Shown here: in pieces, positions 37,095 through 47,068 of the stretch
Numbering within the stretch: position 1 is the first letter of the stretch
Layout: each line of letters starts with the position of its first letter
Source of the DNA: Euryarchaeota archaeon UBA229
Lineage (GTDB): Archaea > Thermoplasmatota > Poseidoniia > Poseidoniales > Poseidoniaceae
Reading direction: 5' to 3'
NCBI GenBank assembly: GCA_002505355.1
Contig: DAUW01000076.1
Coordinates: 970-48,550, forward strand
Length of the DNA stretch: 47,581 nt
Program-made: the position numbers and the translations under genes
Notes under the pieces: model-generated
The model's database searches: none
What the model saw: the letters and a program-made list of their open reading frames with translations, nothing else
What the model was told of the DNA's origin: nothing

Positions 37095-38684
37095 ATGTCA
37101 TGGCTAAAGGATCCTGAAGGTGACAGCCATCAAAGGATTAGCCTAACCTATCGTTTTCTCCGTAAATTTAACCGTACTGTAATGTCGGTGTGGTTCCGGG
37201 AGTTAGACATTGTAGACAACCATAATTTGCCGAACGAGGGCGGTATAATATTCGTTTCTTGGCATCCTAGTGGATTAATTGATCCAATGTTATTGCACGC
37301 CTCACTGCCTGGAAGGTTATCGATTCTTGCAAAGCATACACTATTCGATATGCCAGTAATTGGGCGGATGATAAAATCAGGCGGAGGCCTGCCCATATAT
37401 CGAGTCAAAGACAGCGACGATATTGATGCTTCTAAGCAGAAAAACGCATCAATGCTACAAAACGCTGGGCTGGAGGTGGCTAATGGTGGTAGACTTCTAT
37501 TATTTCCAGAAGGCAGAACTCACGCCGATTCAGATGTCGGCAAAGTCAAGACTGGTGCAGCAAGGATTATGCTCAATGCTTTACGTGAAGCCCAGCGGAA
37601 AGGCCTTCCAGTACCAACACTAATTCCAGTAGGTTTGCATTATTCAAATTCAAATAAATTTAGGGAACGAGGTGCGGTGATATTAGAACGGGCAATGGAT
37701 TTACCGGAAATCCCGGTCAGAATAGGCGAGGACAATGAGGATTCAAATGCTGACCAAAGTTGGGTGTTAGAGGTTACTAAATCTATAGAAGCAGAACTAA
37801 AGCGGGCTAGTTTATCGAAAACCACTTGGCAAGAAAGACGATTGATTTGGTTAGCCCGCAGTGTTGCATATGCTGAGAGAGCGGTACGAAGCGGTGAAAG
37901 AATTCAGCGACCGAGCTACGCAGAATCAGTGCTCGGGGCCAGAAGGCTTCGAGCGGGATGGGAATATTATAATGCCAAAGATCCAGAAAAAATTGCTTCA
38001 TTAGTTAACAAATCAAAAAGCCACTTTGCCGAGTTGGAATCGATTGAAGCCACTCCCTATGATGTTGCTGCAAAGCCAGAAAAGCCAGCTTTTCTTGGTT
38101 ATGCAACAGCATTTATCGCATGGATATGGGTTGCTGCATGGATGCTTGGTTTAGTGACTTGGAGCGCTATTTTAGGTAATGTTCCACCTTATCAGGCAAA
38201 TTATTTTACCATGTGGCAGTTGAAAAAGCGCGGTGTTGAACAATCGATACTCGGAACACTGAAAATTGGAACTGGTGTCATTATGTTCCCTATTTGGTGG
38301 ATTTTTGTTTCCCTTGCTGTGACGGTTATGTTTCTGGCAACTGAGAGTCCAGTTTACATATTACTGAACAAACACTGGCTGTTAGCATATTTCACAAAAA
38401 TCAATCCGTTAATAATGTTCTTTGTTCTATTAATTTGGTGGCCAACATCAGGGCGACTGCACATGAAACTTTATGCGCGTCTAGTTCGGAATTGGCGCGA
38501 GTTAAAGCGATGGAAAAATTGGCGAAAGGACGAACAATATTGGGAAAAACTGCAATCAAGACAACGCGAAATTGGCGGGATGTTGATTGAATTAGGCGAC
38601 AGTCTAATCCTTCCTGGGGACGATGAATGGCAGGAACCAAAAACGGGTCGCGATGATTTTAATTATGTAAGTTTGAGGAATTGA
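37095..38684 (+). CDS. PlsC-family (glycerol-phosphate/lysophospholipid) acyltransferase, membrane-bound
   Basis: HxxxxD motif WHPSGLID, LAKHTLF, PIYR, FPEGRT, KTGAAR, IPVGL; C-terminal TM segments. Confidence 0.9.
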   Translation: MSWLKDPEGDSHQRISLTYRFLRKFNRTVMSVWFRELDIVDNHNLPNEGGIIFVSWHPSGLIDPMLLHASLPGRLSILAKHTLFDMPVIGRMIKSGGGLPIYRVKDSDDIDASKQKNASMLQNAGLEVANGGRLLLFPEGRTHADSDVGKVKTGAARIMLNALREAQRKGLPVPTLIPVGLHYSNSNKFRERGAVILERAMDLPEIPVRIGEDNEDSNADQSWVLEVTKSIEAELKRASLSKTTWQERRLIWLARSVAYAERAVRSGERIQRPSYAESVLGARRLRAGWEYYNAKDPEKIASLVNKSKSHFAELESIEATPYDVAAKPEKPAFLGYATAFIAWIWVAAWMLGLVTWSAILGNVPPYQANYFTMWQLKKRGVEQSILGTLKIGTGVIMFPIWWIFVSLAVTVMFLATESPVYILLNKHWLLAYFTKINPLIMFFVLLIWWPTSGRLHMKLYARLVRNWRELKRWKNWRKDEQYWEKLQSRQREIGGMLIELGDSLILPGDDEWQEPKTGRDDFNYVSLRN

Positions 38685-38745
38685 AATTAGCCATTTCATC
38701 CCTATATTGATATGCATCCTTTGTTAGGGTAATGCGGGTGAGATA

Positions 38746-39348
38746 GTGGTTGGTTCCGAGTATGTTAAGATGACCCCCTCTGCCCCCAAAACGATATGGA
38801 GCGCAACGGTAAACAAAAAATCGTTCGAATTACTGATTAATTCCAATGCGGTGCTTCTGGATGTCCTCCGCGACCAGGTTGGAACCCTCGGAGTCAAACG
38901 AGGTTGCGACTTGGGCACTTGTGGATGCTGCACAGTCATGGTCGATGGAGAGCCAAGACTTTCTTGCTTATGCCTAGCGGGTCAGGTCTCAGACACGGCA
39001 ATAACCACTGTTGAAGGGCTTGCTAACGGGGCACACTTAGCACCAATCCAGGCTTGTTTTGCTAAGTATGGCGGGTCACAGTGTGGATTTTGCACCCCAG
39101 GTTTCCTTGTTGCATCACAAGCTTTACTTGATGACAATCCTTCACCTACCGACCAAGAAATCGCTGATGCTATTGAGGGCAATCTGTGCCGCTGTACAGG
39201 ATATCAGCAAATTATTGAATCAATTCAGGAAGCAGCTAAGATTCATCGTGGCGAAGTTGCACACCCGCAACCAGCCTCCGATCCTCACCCAGACCCACAT
39301 CCGGATGGTCCCGGGGAACCATCTATGCCGCCCGGTCATGCGAAGTGA
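38746..39348 (+). CDS. 2x[2Fe-2S] small subunit of a xanthine-oxidase-family enzyme (HcrC/CoxS-like)
   Basis: GCDLGTCGCCTV..SC, QCGFCTPG, NLCRCTGY. Confidence 0.95.
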   Translation: MVGSEYVKMTPSAPKTIWSATVNKKSFELLINSNAVLLDVLRDQVGTLGVKRGCDLGTCGCCTVMVDGEPRLSCLCLAGQVSDTAITTVEGLANGAHLAPIQACFAKYGGSQCGFCTPGFLVASQALLDDNPSPTDQEIADAIEGNLCRCTGYQQIIESIQEAAKIHRGEVAHPQPASDPHPDPHPDGPGEPSMPPGHAK

Positions 39349-42155
39349 TTACTATGTCAGCAGGATATCGACAACAACCAGGTAATCGTTCGTCTAAGCG
39401 TACAGATGGCAAAAGAGTGGCTGGAAAACAGGTTTTCCCACCTCCTGGTTCCGGCGGTTCGAGGCCGGTCATGAAGGAAAGAGATTTAGATTTCATACCA
39501 GAGTCAGTCGGCGGCAAAGAGCCACAGCCTGCGGGATCTCACATACATGACAGAATAAGAACTGGTACTGTGGTCGGTAAGTCCCTGTCGTTAGTAGATT
39601 CAAATGCTAAGGTTACTGGACAAGCATGGTATGGCGATGATGTAAGGTTGCCGAACGAAACAATTGGTAAGATTTTACGTTCACCCCATCATTATGCCAA
39701 AATAAAATCAATTGACACCTCAAGAGTCGAAGCATTACCTGGTGTAATATCGGTGGCAACAGGTCAAGATGCTGCCAATAGTTTTGGCGTATTACCGGTC
39801 ACCAAAGATGAGCATGCAATGGCGGTCGAAAAAGTCAGACACATGGGTGACTTGGTCGCATGTGTGTGTGCGGAAACAGAAGCAATTGCTATTGAAGCAC
39901 TCTCCCTATTTGACATCGAATGGGAGGTTCTCGAGCCCGTATTTGATCGTAAAATGGGCTTAGAGGACGTAGACGAGCCGATTCACTGGCGAGGTAAATA
40001 CCACTTGTCGAGAACCAATGTCCAAAAGCGAGTTTTCCAAGAATTCGGCGATCGTTCACTTGTTGACAATCCACACGCAGCGTCCCACGGCAAATGGAGT
40101 ATGGAGGGGGTTCACCACGGCTTTACGGAGCCTCACGCAGTGGTGGCTCACTGGGATCCAAATGGTAGGTTACAACTGTACACTCCTCAGCAAGTTCCGC
40201 ACTACACTCACAGAGCATTGTCTACTGTTTTGGATGTGCCAATGCACCAAATTAACGTGATTAGAACCTTTGTTGGTGGGGGTTTTGGCGGAAAGTCGGA
40301 TCCGTTCCCGCACGAGATGTGTGCAGCTATATTGTCAAGAAAATCCGGCAGGCCAGTTAGAATAACCTTTGATCGTGAGGAGGTTTATTGGATAAATCGC
40401 GGACGTCACCCCAGTGATATCGAAGTGAAGATGACTGCTGATGATGTCGGCCGAATCTCTGGTTTTGATATTGATGCGCTCATTGACGGCGGTGGTTTTG
40501 CATCGTTCGGGCACGTCACATCTTACTACAATGGTGTTTTAGCGACTGCACCATATGAATTGGGTTCGTTTCATTACACTGGAGCAAGAGTATGGACCAA
40601 TAAACCAGCCTCGGGCGCAATGCGAGGTCATGGTGCTGTTAACACTAGATGTGCGGTTGAGGTAGGACTCGACGAAATGGCAGAACAGATGGCCGTTGAC
40701 CCGATAGATCTCAGATTAGCAAATCTCCTGCCTCCCCATAGCAGGACAATAACCGGATTTAGAATTACCTCAAACGGGATGCGTGAGGCTCTTGAAGAGG
40801 TAAGGGATGGGTCAAAGTGGGATGAAAAATTCCGACAACTTCCGTTAGGTAAAGGAATAGGCGTTGGGTGTGGATTTTTCATTTCTGGCTCGGGCTTGCC
40901 TATTCATTGGGACCCAAATCGTTTCCCTCACGCAACAGTTCACATTCAGGTAGATATGGATGGTGGAGTTACTGTTCACACTGGTGCAGCAGATATCGGA
41001 CAAGGTTCTACAACTGCGGTCGCGCAAGTAGTTGCCGAGGTATTGGCATTGCCGATTGAAATGATTCACGTTAGGAGTCATGAGAGTGATACGGCTCCGG
41101 TTGATTTAGGCTCATACTCCAGCAGAGTTACTTTCATGAACGCCAATGCAGCAATACGGGCCGCTTTGGAGATTAGAGAGCAAATTCTCAATGCTGCTTG
41201 GGACATACTCGGATATCATCCCAATACCTTGGTACTAAATGACAGAAGAATATACTACAAGCACGATCCATCAATTGGTGTATCATATCTGAAAGCGTTA
41301 CACAAAGCGCAAGAGGACAAGGGCTCATTAATTGCCAGTGGCGCATATCGATCACCGCCTATGGGAGGGGTCCACAAAGGGGCAGCTGCGGGCCTCGCAC
41401 CAGCGTACTCCTTCTCTGCCTACGTTGCTGAAGTCGATGTAGACGTTGAGTTAGGTTTGGTTAAATGTACCAATGTCTGGGCGGCACATGACTGTGGTAA
41501 AGCACTAAATCCATTGGCTGTCAAAGGCCAGATAATCGGTTCATGTCACATGGGATTGGGTCAAGTATTATCTGAGAAAATGGTTTATGGAAGAACGGGA
41601 CATCTGCAGAATGCCAACCTGTTAGAATACAAAATTCCGTCCGTCCATGAGATGCCACACGTTGTTCCAATTATCATAGAATCATGCGATCCAGAGGGGC
41701 CATTCGGCGCAAAAGAAGCCGGCGAAGGTCCGCTATTGCCAATATTACCAGCCGTTGTCAACGCAGTGTATGATGCCGTTGGAGTTAGATTTAGGGACTT
41801 GCCACTGACTCCTGATATAGTCTACAAAGGCATCGAACGTAAGCGAAAGTCGTTGAAACTAGATGATTGTCTAGAATTGCCTAATCCGAGATTAGAGCAC
41901 GGACCTATGCAAGAGGTTTTGGTTGCAAGAGCTAATGAACACAAAACACGCGACAAAGCCAGACAGCGAACCGAGGACACCTCTCACTACGTAAACGGCG
42001 TGCTGTTTGGTTTTGATCCGAACATACCTTTGGAAGACCAGGTTGATGGTTGGCGAATGGCTACTGAGCCAGACCCAGAACAACTTGCTGAATTGGGTCT
42101 TGCTGGTAAGGCTTGGCTTAAGAAAACGCAGCGTGAAATGGGGCGTGATGATTGA
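39345..42155 (+). CDS. Molybdopterin-binding large subunit, xanthine-oxidase family; 4-hydroxybenzoyl-CoA reductase alpha (HcrA)-like
   Basis: GGGFGGK, GAMRGHG, IGQGS, SYSSRVT, AKEAGEG. The start may be ATG 39354. Confidence 0.9.
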   Translation: MITMSAGYRQQPGNRSSKRTDGKRVAGKQVFPPPGSGGSRPVMKERDLDFIPESVGGKEPQPAGSHIHDRIRTGTVVGKSLSLVDSNAKVTGQAWYGDDVRLPNETIGKILRSPHHYAKIKSIDTSRVEALPGVISVATGQDAANSFGVLPVTKDEHAMAVEKVRHMGDLVACVCAETEAIAIEALSLFDIEWEVLEPVFDRKMGLEDVDEPIHWRGKYHLSRTNVQKRVFQEFGDRSLVDNPHAASHGKWSMEGVHHGFTEPHAVVAHWDPNGRLQLYTPQQVPHYTHRALSTVLDVPMHQINVIRTFVGGGFGGKSDPFPHEMCAAILSRKSGRPVRITFDREEVYWINRGRHPSDIEVKMTADDVGRISGFDIDALIDGGGFASFGHVTSYYNGVLATAPYELGSFHYTGARVWTNKPASGAMRGHGAVNTRCAVEVGLDEMAEQMAVDPIDLRLANLLPPHSRTITGFRITSNGMREALEEVRDGSKWDEKFRQLPLGKGIGVGCGFFISGSGLPIHWDPNRFPHATVHIQVDMDGGVTVHTGAADIGQGSTTAVAQVVAEVLALPIEMIHVRSHESDTAPVDLGSYSSRVTFMNANAAIRAALEIREQILNAAWDILGYHPNTLVLNDRRIYYKHDPSIGVSYLKALHKAQEDKGSLIASGAYRSPPMGGVHKGAAAGLAPAYSFSAYVAEVDVDVELGLVKCTNVWAAHDCGKALNPLAVKGQIIGSCHMGLGQVLSEKMVYGRTGHLQNANLLEYKIPSVHEMPHVVPIIIESCDPEGPFGAKEAGEGPLLPILPAVVNAVYDAVGVRFRDLPLTPDIVYKGIERKRKSLKLDDCLELPNPRLEHGPMQEVLVARANEHKTRDKARQRTEDTSHYVNGVLFGFDPNIPLEDQVDGWRMATEPDPEQLAELGLAGKAWLKKTQREMGRDD

Positions 42156-43129
42156 TGTTGATGCCCCCATTCACCCTACACCATCCCAATACCGTCGATG
42201 AGGCCGTTGGGATTGCCTCTCAACTACTTGAGCAACAAGAAGATTTTGATTGGGTTGCAGGTGGAACGGATGTTGTTCCTAATTACAAATGGCGAATAAA
42301 CCCTAAGCCTCACGTTATCTCATTAGCTAATATTCCGGAAGCAAATCAAATATCGCAATATGAGATCGGCTGTATGACCAAACTTTCCCAACTAACAACA
42401 GAAAACAAAGTTCACCCATTAATAGTTGAAGCAGCCTCTAAAATTGCCTCGTCCCTAGTTAGAAAAAGTGCCACAGTAGGTGGCAATCTTTGTCTTGACA
42501 CACGATGTTTCTGGTATAACCAGAGTGAGGACTGGCGTCGTTCGATTGATTGGTGCCACAAAGCAGACTGTGGAACTGGTGCTGACTGTAGAGTCATCCC
42601 AAACCAAAATACCCTGTGTGTTGCTACATATCAAGGAGATTTGGCACCTAATTTTATGGCTCTTGGGGCCAAAGTTTCGCTCATCGGTCCCGATGGTGAG
42701 AGAACCATACTTTTGGAAGATTTTTATCAATTGGATGGTATGAAAAAGAATGTACTACAGCCCGGAGAGTTCATGCTCAAAGTGAGCCTCCCAGCAGATG
42801 CCTTCGAGTATGATGGAAGCTACCAAAAGTTACGGCTACGAGAATCGTGGGATTTTCCTGAGGCTGGTATCTCTGCGGTATGGAAAAAAGGCGACTATTC
42901 GACGCTAAAAATAGCCTCTACAGCATTAGAATCAATCCCTAAAACTCATGATTCCCAAGTTGGAGAGTTCGCTTCATCATGGCAAAATGGAACCACTATT
43001 TCTCAACTATCAGATGCTATTCGCAAGTCTGTTAAGCCAGTAAATAACACAGCCTTACCGCCCAATTACCGTAAATCTGTAGTAAGAATACTAACCAAGA
43101 GGGCGCTAAAAAATATCGGATGTGAGTGA
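42152..43129 (+). CDS. FAD-binding medium subunit with a [4Fe-4S] insertion (HcrB-like)
   Basis: AGGTD, and ATVGGNLCLDTRCFWYNQSEDWR..WCHK..C..C..CVATYQGD Cys-rich insert. Confidence 0.9.
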   Translation: MMLMPPFTLHHPNTVDEAVGIASQLLEQQEDFDWVAGGTDVVPNYKWRINPKPHVISLANIPEANQISQYEIGCMTKLSQLTTENKVHPLIVEAASKIASSLVRKSATVGGNLCLDTRCFWYNQSEDWRRSIDWCHKADCGTGADCRVIPNQNTLCVATYQGDLAPNFMALGAKVSLIGPDGERTILLEDFYQLDGMKKNVLQPGEFMLKVSLPADAFEYDGSYQKLRLRESWDFPEAGISAVWKKGDYSTLKIASTALESIPKTHDSQVGEFASSWQNGTTISQLSDAIRKSVKPVNNTALPPNYRKSVVRILTKRALKNIGCE

Positions 43130-44089
43130 GTGGCAAATTCAACAAAAGGTGTTGTAACTCTAGTATTGTGTTGCCTCCTCTTTGGCGCTTTTTTGCCTGG
43201 TGTGGCTGCACAAGACCAAGTTGAGATTCCGTCGTGGGAGGTTGGCTGGGAGACCAACATGGATGGTATTTACGAACTAGAATTATCAGGTCAAGACGAC
43301 ATCGATGATTCTATTGAGTTCTTTGTTGCCAACGAAAGAATGATCGATTTAAATCTTGAGATAACCATTGAATGGGATGAATCAGATAACATACCGATTG
43401 AACTAGAATATGATGAATCGATAAGCGTCGCAGCATCAGATAATCAGACATTTACTATAGAAATCTCAGACTTATCGGGTTATTCCTTCCTGAGGTCTCC
43501 TACCAAATCCATGACGTTATTGCTCAGCGCTCAAGAGGTTGCCCTTGAACAACCACTGTCAACGCAAGAAATTGACGCTGAACTGGTAGTCCCAGCGGTC
43601 TTCAACCTCAAACTTGAATCCCAATCTAAGGACGAAATTCTCTACTCAGGTTCATCGGTAGAATATTTGCTAAAAGTGTCCAATGAAGGTAATACGAAAG
43701 ACGTGATTAAGTCTCCTCAGGCGTCAATTAAGTCATGCCCCAGTATTAATGTTGAAGGACTGGATGTCATGGCTGACGTGGAACTAGAGAACTCAACAGT
43801 AGGTGAGTATGTAGTTAGGATTTCAGCCTCTGCTTCTCAACCAGAGAGAATCTGTGAAATCACTATCTCGATAAAATCGGCTGGTAATGGCCAAATCTCA
43901 AGCACAATTTTCGAAATAGATGTGAATTCAAACGCCGGGAATGACGATGAGCGTACGGTGAGTGATAATGACGAACCAACTAACAACGGAGAAACGGAAC
44001 TAACTGAAACAGATACTCTAGATTTTATTGGAATATTCGAGCTTATTTTCATCGTCGCTATCGCAGTGTCATTTCGTCGTCTAAATTAA
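43130..44089 (+). CDS. Secreted acidic Ig-like surface protein with a C-terminal TM anchor
   Basis: Signal peptide, beta-rich (VSNEGNTKD), acidic linker, TM + RR terminus. Confidence 0.7.
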   Translation: MANSTKGVVTLVLCCLLFGAFLPGVAAQDQVEIPSWEVGWETNMDGIYELELSGQDDIDDSIEFFVANERMIDLNLEITIEWDESDNIPIELEYDESISVAASDNQTFTIEISDLSGYSFLRSPTKSMTLLLSAQEVALEQPLSTQEIDAELVVPAVFNLKLESQSKDEILYSGSSVEYLLKVSNEGNTKDVIKSPQASIKSCPSINVEGLDVMADVELENSTVGEYVVRISASASQPERICEITISIKSAGNGQISSTIFEIDVNSNAGNDDERTVSDNDEPTNNGETELTETDTLDFIGIFELIFIVAIAVSFRRLN

Positions 44090-44263
44090 TGTTAGAAAAC
44101 GGGCTGTTGCGCCCGATTAAAGGACATTATTTACTGGCTAAAACTCAAGCCCAAGACGTATAAATCATTGTATAAGGTTGCTCACCAATCAGCAAGCATT
44201 ATGAGTGGAAAGAATTTCGAGGTAGTAGTAGTGTGCCATGCATTGCGCAAAAGAGTGAATATT

Positions 44264-45853
44264 ATGGCAGAAGAGGAGAAGAAAAAAATTAGTCTTGAGA
44301 CATGGCTCAAGGTTGGTTTTATGGCTTCACTTTTCATTTCAGTATTGCTAATCGGGTTGGTAAGTTTCGACAAAGAAACCGTATTTTCTCCATATGAGCA
44401 AGATCCAGAATACTACAATATACAATTAACTGAAATGCGAGCAAATCTTGGAGATGATGGAACTGGTTATACTGTGGCCAATACAATGTCAACTCCAATG
44501 TTAGTGAACGATTGGCGAGATCCTCATCGAACCTTGCTTGTCATAGCAGCTCCCGAGAAACCATTTGATGCTGCCGAGGCCGCGGCAATACATGATTTCG
44601 TAACTAAGAAAGGCGGAAAAGTAGTGCTTGCCTCAAATTCTACCAATGCCCAACTGGTGGCAAGTGAGTTTGGTGTCAAGTATTTCGACGCCCCAGTAGT
44701 TGACCCTTTCCAGTTTTACGAAGTAGCCGATGAGACCGGTGATGCATTAAACCCAGATGAAAGAAAACTTTGGGCCGCCGCTAGCCTTACTCGTGATGTT
44801 ACGCAAATGGGCGATGAAAAACACGTACCCTGTTCAAGTAACAATCTAGCCAACGCTCAAGTAAGCGACTGCCGCATGCCGGTATTATTTCACCGAGCAA
44901 CGGCAATCCAAGTGCTGGACGAAGAAGTAGACGACAACAGAGACGTAATGGTTCTTGCGCACGCCTCAACCCCAGCATTCATCGCTAGACAGGACACCAA
45001 CATCGACAATCTCAATAATCCAACCCTAGGAGAGGGTAAAACCGGTTTGATAATTCGGATGGATTATCCAGGAATCGAGGTGCTGGATGAGCAACCGAAC
45101 AATAATTTTGGCGAGGTTGATGTAACAGGTTCGATAGTTTTCGTTTCCGACCACTCCGTATTAGCTAACCATTTGTGGAACCAAACAATTGCTGAGGAAA
45201 CCGGTAAACAACAATGCAAATCGCCATTTTATGTCTCTAATGCGCTGGGCAATTCACATGCTTGCTGGGATAGTGCCTTATTTTCCTCCGATGGTGCAGA
45301 GGTAGTTTGGAATGGCAATGGTCCTTATTTCCAAGCATTGTTTTACGATATGATGGAATTTGATAACGAAGAAATAACCACAAAAGTGACCAGAGATCCG
45401 TCAGAGTTCAACCTTGTCTTTGATGAGAGCCGACACGTTTCAAGCGCTCTCTCATCACCATTTACCGAGGCTATAGGCGCCGTTGTCTTACTAACTAGCG
45501 ACAATGTCTTGAAGTGGTTGATTATTCTAAATTTATTTGCGCTGTTAGCGATTGCTATCATGGTTGTGCCAGAAAAAGAGAATTGGCGCCATGTGTTTGA
45601 TTTGACAAGATTTAGGGAGCGACCGACCAAGATAGACTCCTCTCAATATCAAATGCGAGTTAGAGAAGCGTTTTTGTCTAAAGTTAGGCAGTTCAATGAC
45701 CTAACTCGCGATGAATTCGCCCGCAAGACACCTGCGGAAATCATGTATATGGTAAAAGACCCGCGATTGGTTGAACTGATTAGTTCAAACCGTTCCTACT
45801 CCAACGAAGAATTACGGGAAGTGATTCCCCAAATACGTCGTTGGGGTAAATGA
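44264..45853 (+). CDS. DUF4350-like membrane protein associated with MoxR
   Basis: N-terminal TM, TLLVIAAPEKPF..IHDFVTKKGGKVVLAS, GSIVFVSDHSVLAN, VFDESRH, second TM; upstream of MoxR. ATG 44264 is preferred. Confidence 0.75.
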   Translation: MAEEEKKKISLETWLKVGFMASLFISVLLIGLVSFDKETVFSPYEQDPEYYNIQLTEMRANLGDDGTGYTVANTMSTPMLVNDWRDPHRTLLVIAAPEKPFDAAEAAAIHDFVTKKGGKVVLASNSTNAQLVASEFGVKYFDAPVVDPFQFYEVADETGDALNPDERKLWAAASLTRDVTQMGDEKHVPCSSNNLANAQVSDCRMPVLFHRATAIQVLDEEVDDNRDVMVLAHASTPAFIARQDTNIDNLNNPTLGEGKTGLIIRMDYPGIEVLDEQPNNNFGEVDVTGSIVFVSDHSVLANHLWNQTIAEETGKQQCKSPFYVSNALGNSHACWDSALFSSDGAEVVWNGNGPYFQALFYDMMEFDNEEITTKVTRDPSEFNLVFDESRHVSSALSSPFTEAIGAVVLLTSDNVLKWLIILNLFALLAIAIMVVPEKENWRHVFDLTRFRERPTKIDSSQYQMRVREAFLSKVRQFNDLTRDEFARKTPAEIMYMVKDPRLVELISSNRSYSNEELREVIPQIRRWGK

Positions 45854-45870
45854 AATAGGAGGAAAAAGAC

Positions 45871-47046
45871 ATGCAACCAGCCCCCCCACCCCAGCCTGCG
45901 CCAGCGCAGCCAGGGATGCCAGCAGCACCTGCACCAGCAGCGCCTATGCCAGCAGCGCCTATGCCAGCACCACCAATGCAAGCAGCACCAGCGCCAGCGG
46001 CACCAAGACCCGCAGCTCCAGCAGCACCTGCCCCGGCAGCCCCAGTAGCGCCAGCCGCTCCGGCCAAGCCGAAGCACCAGAGTACCCCAGAAGTTCGTGA
46101 GAGACTTTCTGCAGTAGGAGCTATCGCTCAAGCGATTAGCGCTGAAGTTCAGAAAGTAATTATCGGTAAAGCACACATTATCGATAACGTTCTCATCAAC
46201 ATTCTTTCCAACGGAAATCTTCTGTTCGAAGACTATCCTGGATTGGCGAAGACATTGATGACCAACACTTTCGCTGACGCTCTTGGTTGTGATTTCAAGC
46301 GTGTTCAGTTTACGCCCGATTTACTACCAGCGGACATCACAGGAACCAACGTATATGATGCCAAGAAGGGTGAATTTACGTTTAAACCCGGACCGCTGTT
46401 CTGTAATCTACTACTAGCGGACGAAATTAACCGTGCTCCGCCAAAGACTCAGGCTGCTCTGCTTGAGGCTATGCAGGAAAAGCAGGTTACAATCGGTACA
46501 GTGACTCACAAATTACCTGCTCCGTTTATCGTTATGGCAACTCAAAACCCTGTCGAACAAGAAGGTACCTATCCACTTCCTGAAGCACAGCTTGACAGAT
46601 TCATGTTCAAGATGTCCGTAGGCTATCCTGATAGAGCCGATGAAGATGAGATACTTGCCCGACGTATTACTCGCGGAAAAGACGCAGTAGATGTCGATGT
46701 TATTACCGACCCGCAACGTGTTATCGCAATGCAGCAAGCCTGTGAAGATGTTTATGTCGACCCTGCACTAAGAATGTACATGGTTGAGATTGTGGCAAGA
46801 ACTAGAGAGGATCCTAGAGTTCTCGTTGGTTCCTCACCTCGTGGTTCGCAAGCGTTGTTGAAGACATCAAGAGCCGCAGCTGCCCTTCGAGGTAGGGATT
46901 TCGTTACTCCTGATGATATCAAAGCAATTGCTGAATTAGCTATCGCCCACAGGATTATTCTGAAGCCAGAACATCAAATTAAGGGACTTGAAGCAGGAGA
47001 AGTAATTCAAACAATCCTGCGCGAAGTTCCAGTGCCAACAGTCTGA
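45871..47046 (+). CDS. MoxR-family AAA+ ATPase with a Pro/Ala-rich N-terminal extension
   Basis: EDYPGLAKT, RVQFTPDLLPADITG, LADEINRAPPKTQAALLEAM, ATQNPVEQEGTYPLPEAQLDRF, SPRG. Ribosome-binding site AGGAGG. Confidence 0.96.
   Translation: MQPAPPPQPAPAQPGMPAAPAPAAPMPAAPMPAPPMQAAPAPAAPRPAAPAAPAPAAPVAPAAPAKPKHQSTPEVRERLSAVGAIAQAISAEVQKVIIGKAHIIDNVLINILSNGNLLFEDYPGLAKTLMTNTFADALGCDFKRVQFTPDLLPADITGTNVYDAKKGEFTFKPGPLFCNLLLADEINRAPPKTQAALLEAMQEKQVTIGTVTHKLPAPFIVMATQNPVEQEGTYPLPEAQLDRFMFKMSVGYPDRADEDEILARRITRGKDAVDVDVITDPQRVIAMQQACEDVYVDPALRMYMVEIVARTREDPRVLVGSSPRGSQALLKTSRAAAALRGRDFVTPDDIKAIAELAIAHRIILKPEHQIKGLEAGEVIQTILREVPVPTV
45934..45978 (+). repeat. In-frame 15-bp tandem repeat (CCAGCAGCGCCTATG twice plus a degenerate third copy) encoding PAAPM
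   Basis: Read directly: 45934-45948, 45949-45963, and CCAGCACCACCAATG at 45964-45978. Confidence 0.8.
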
Positions 47047-47068
47047 TCTATTGTAACAGGTGTTTACT

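Noticed and set aside
38746..43129. Aerobic CO dehydrogenase (coxSLM)
   Set aside because: The large-subunit loop is AMRGHG, not AYxCSFR (form I) or AYRGAGR (form II), and the medium subunit has a [4Fe-4S]-type insert absent from CoxM.
44100..44115. Short hairpin CGGGC-N6-GCCCG as a terminator
   Set aside because: Only a 5-bp stem with no following T tract; insufficient support.
45780..46176. Antisense Gly/Ala-rich and Cys/Trp/Arg-rich ORFs
   Set aside because: Reverse-strand shadows of the Pro/Ala repeat in MoxR.
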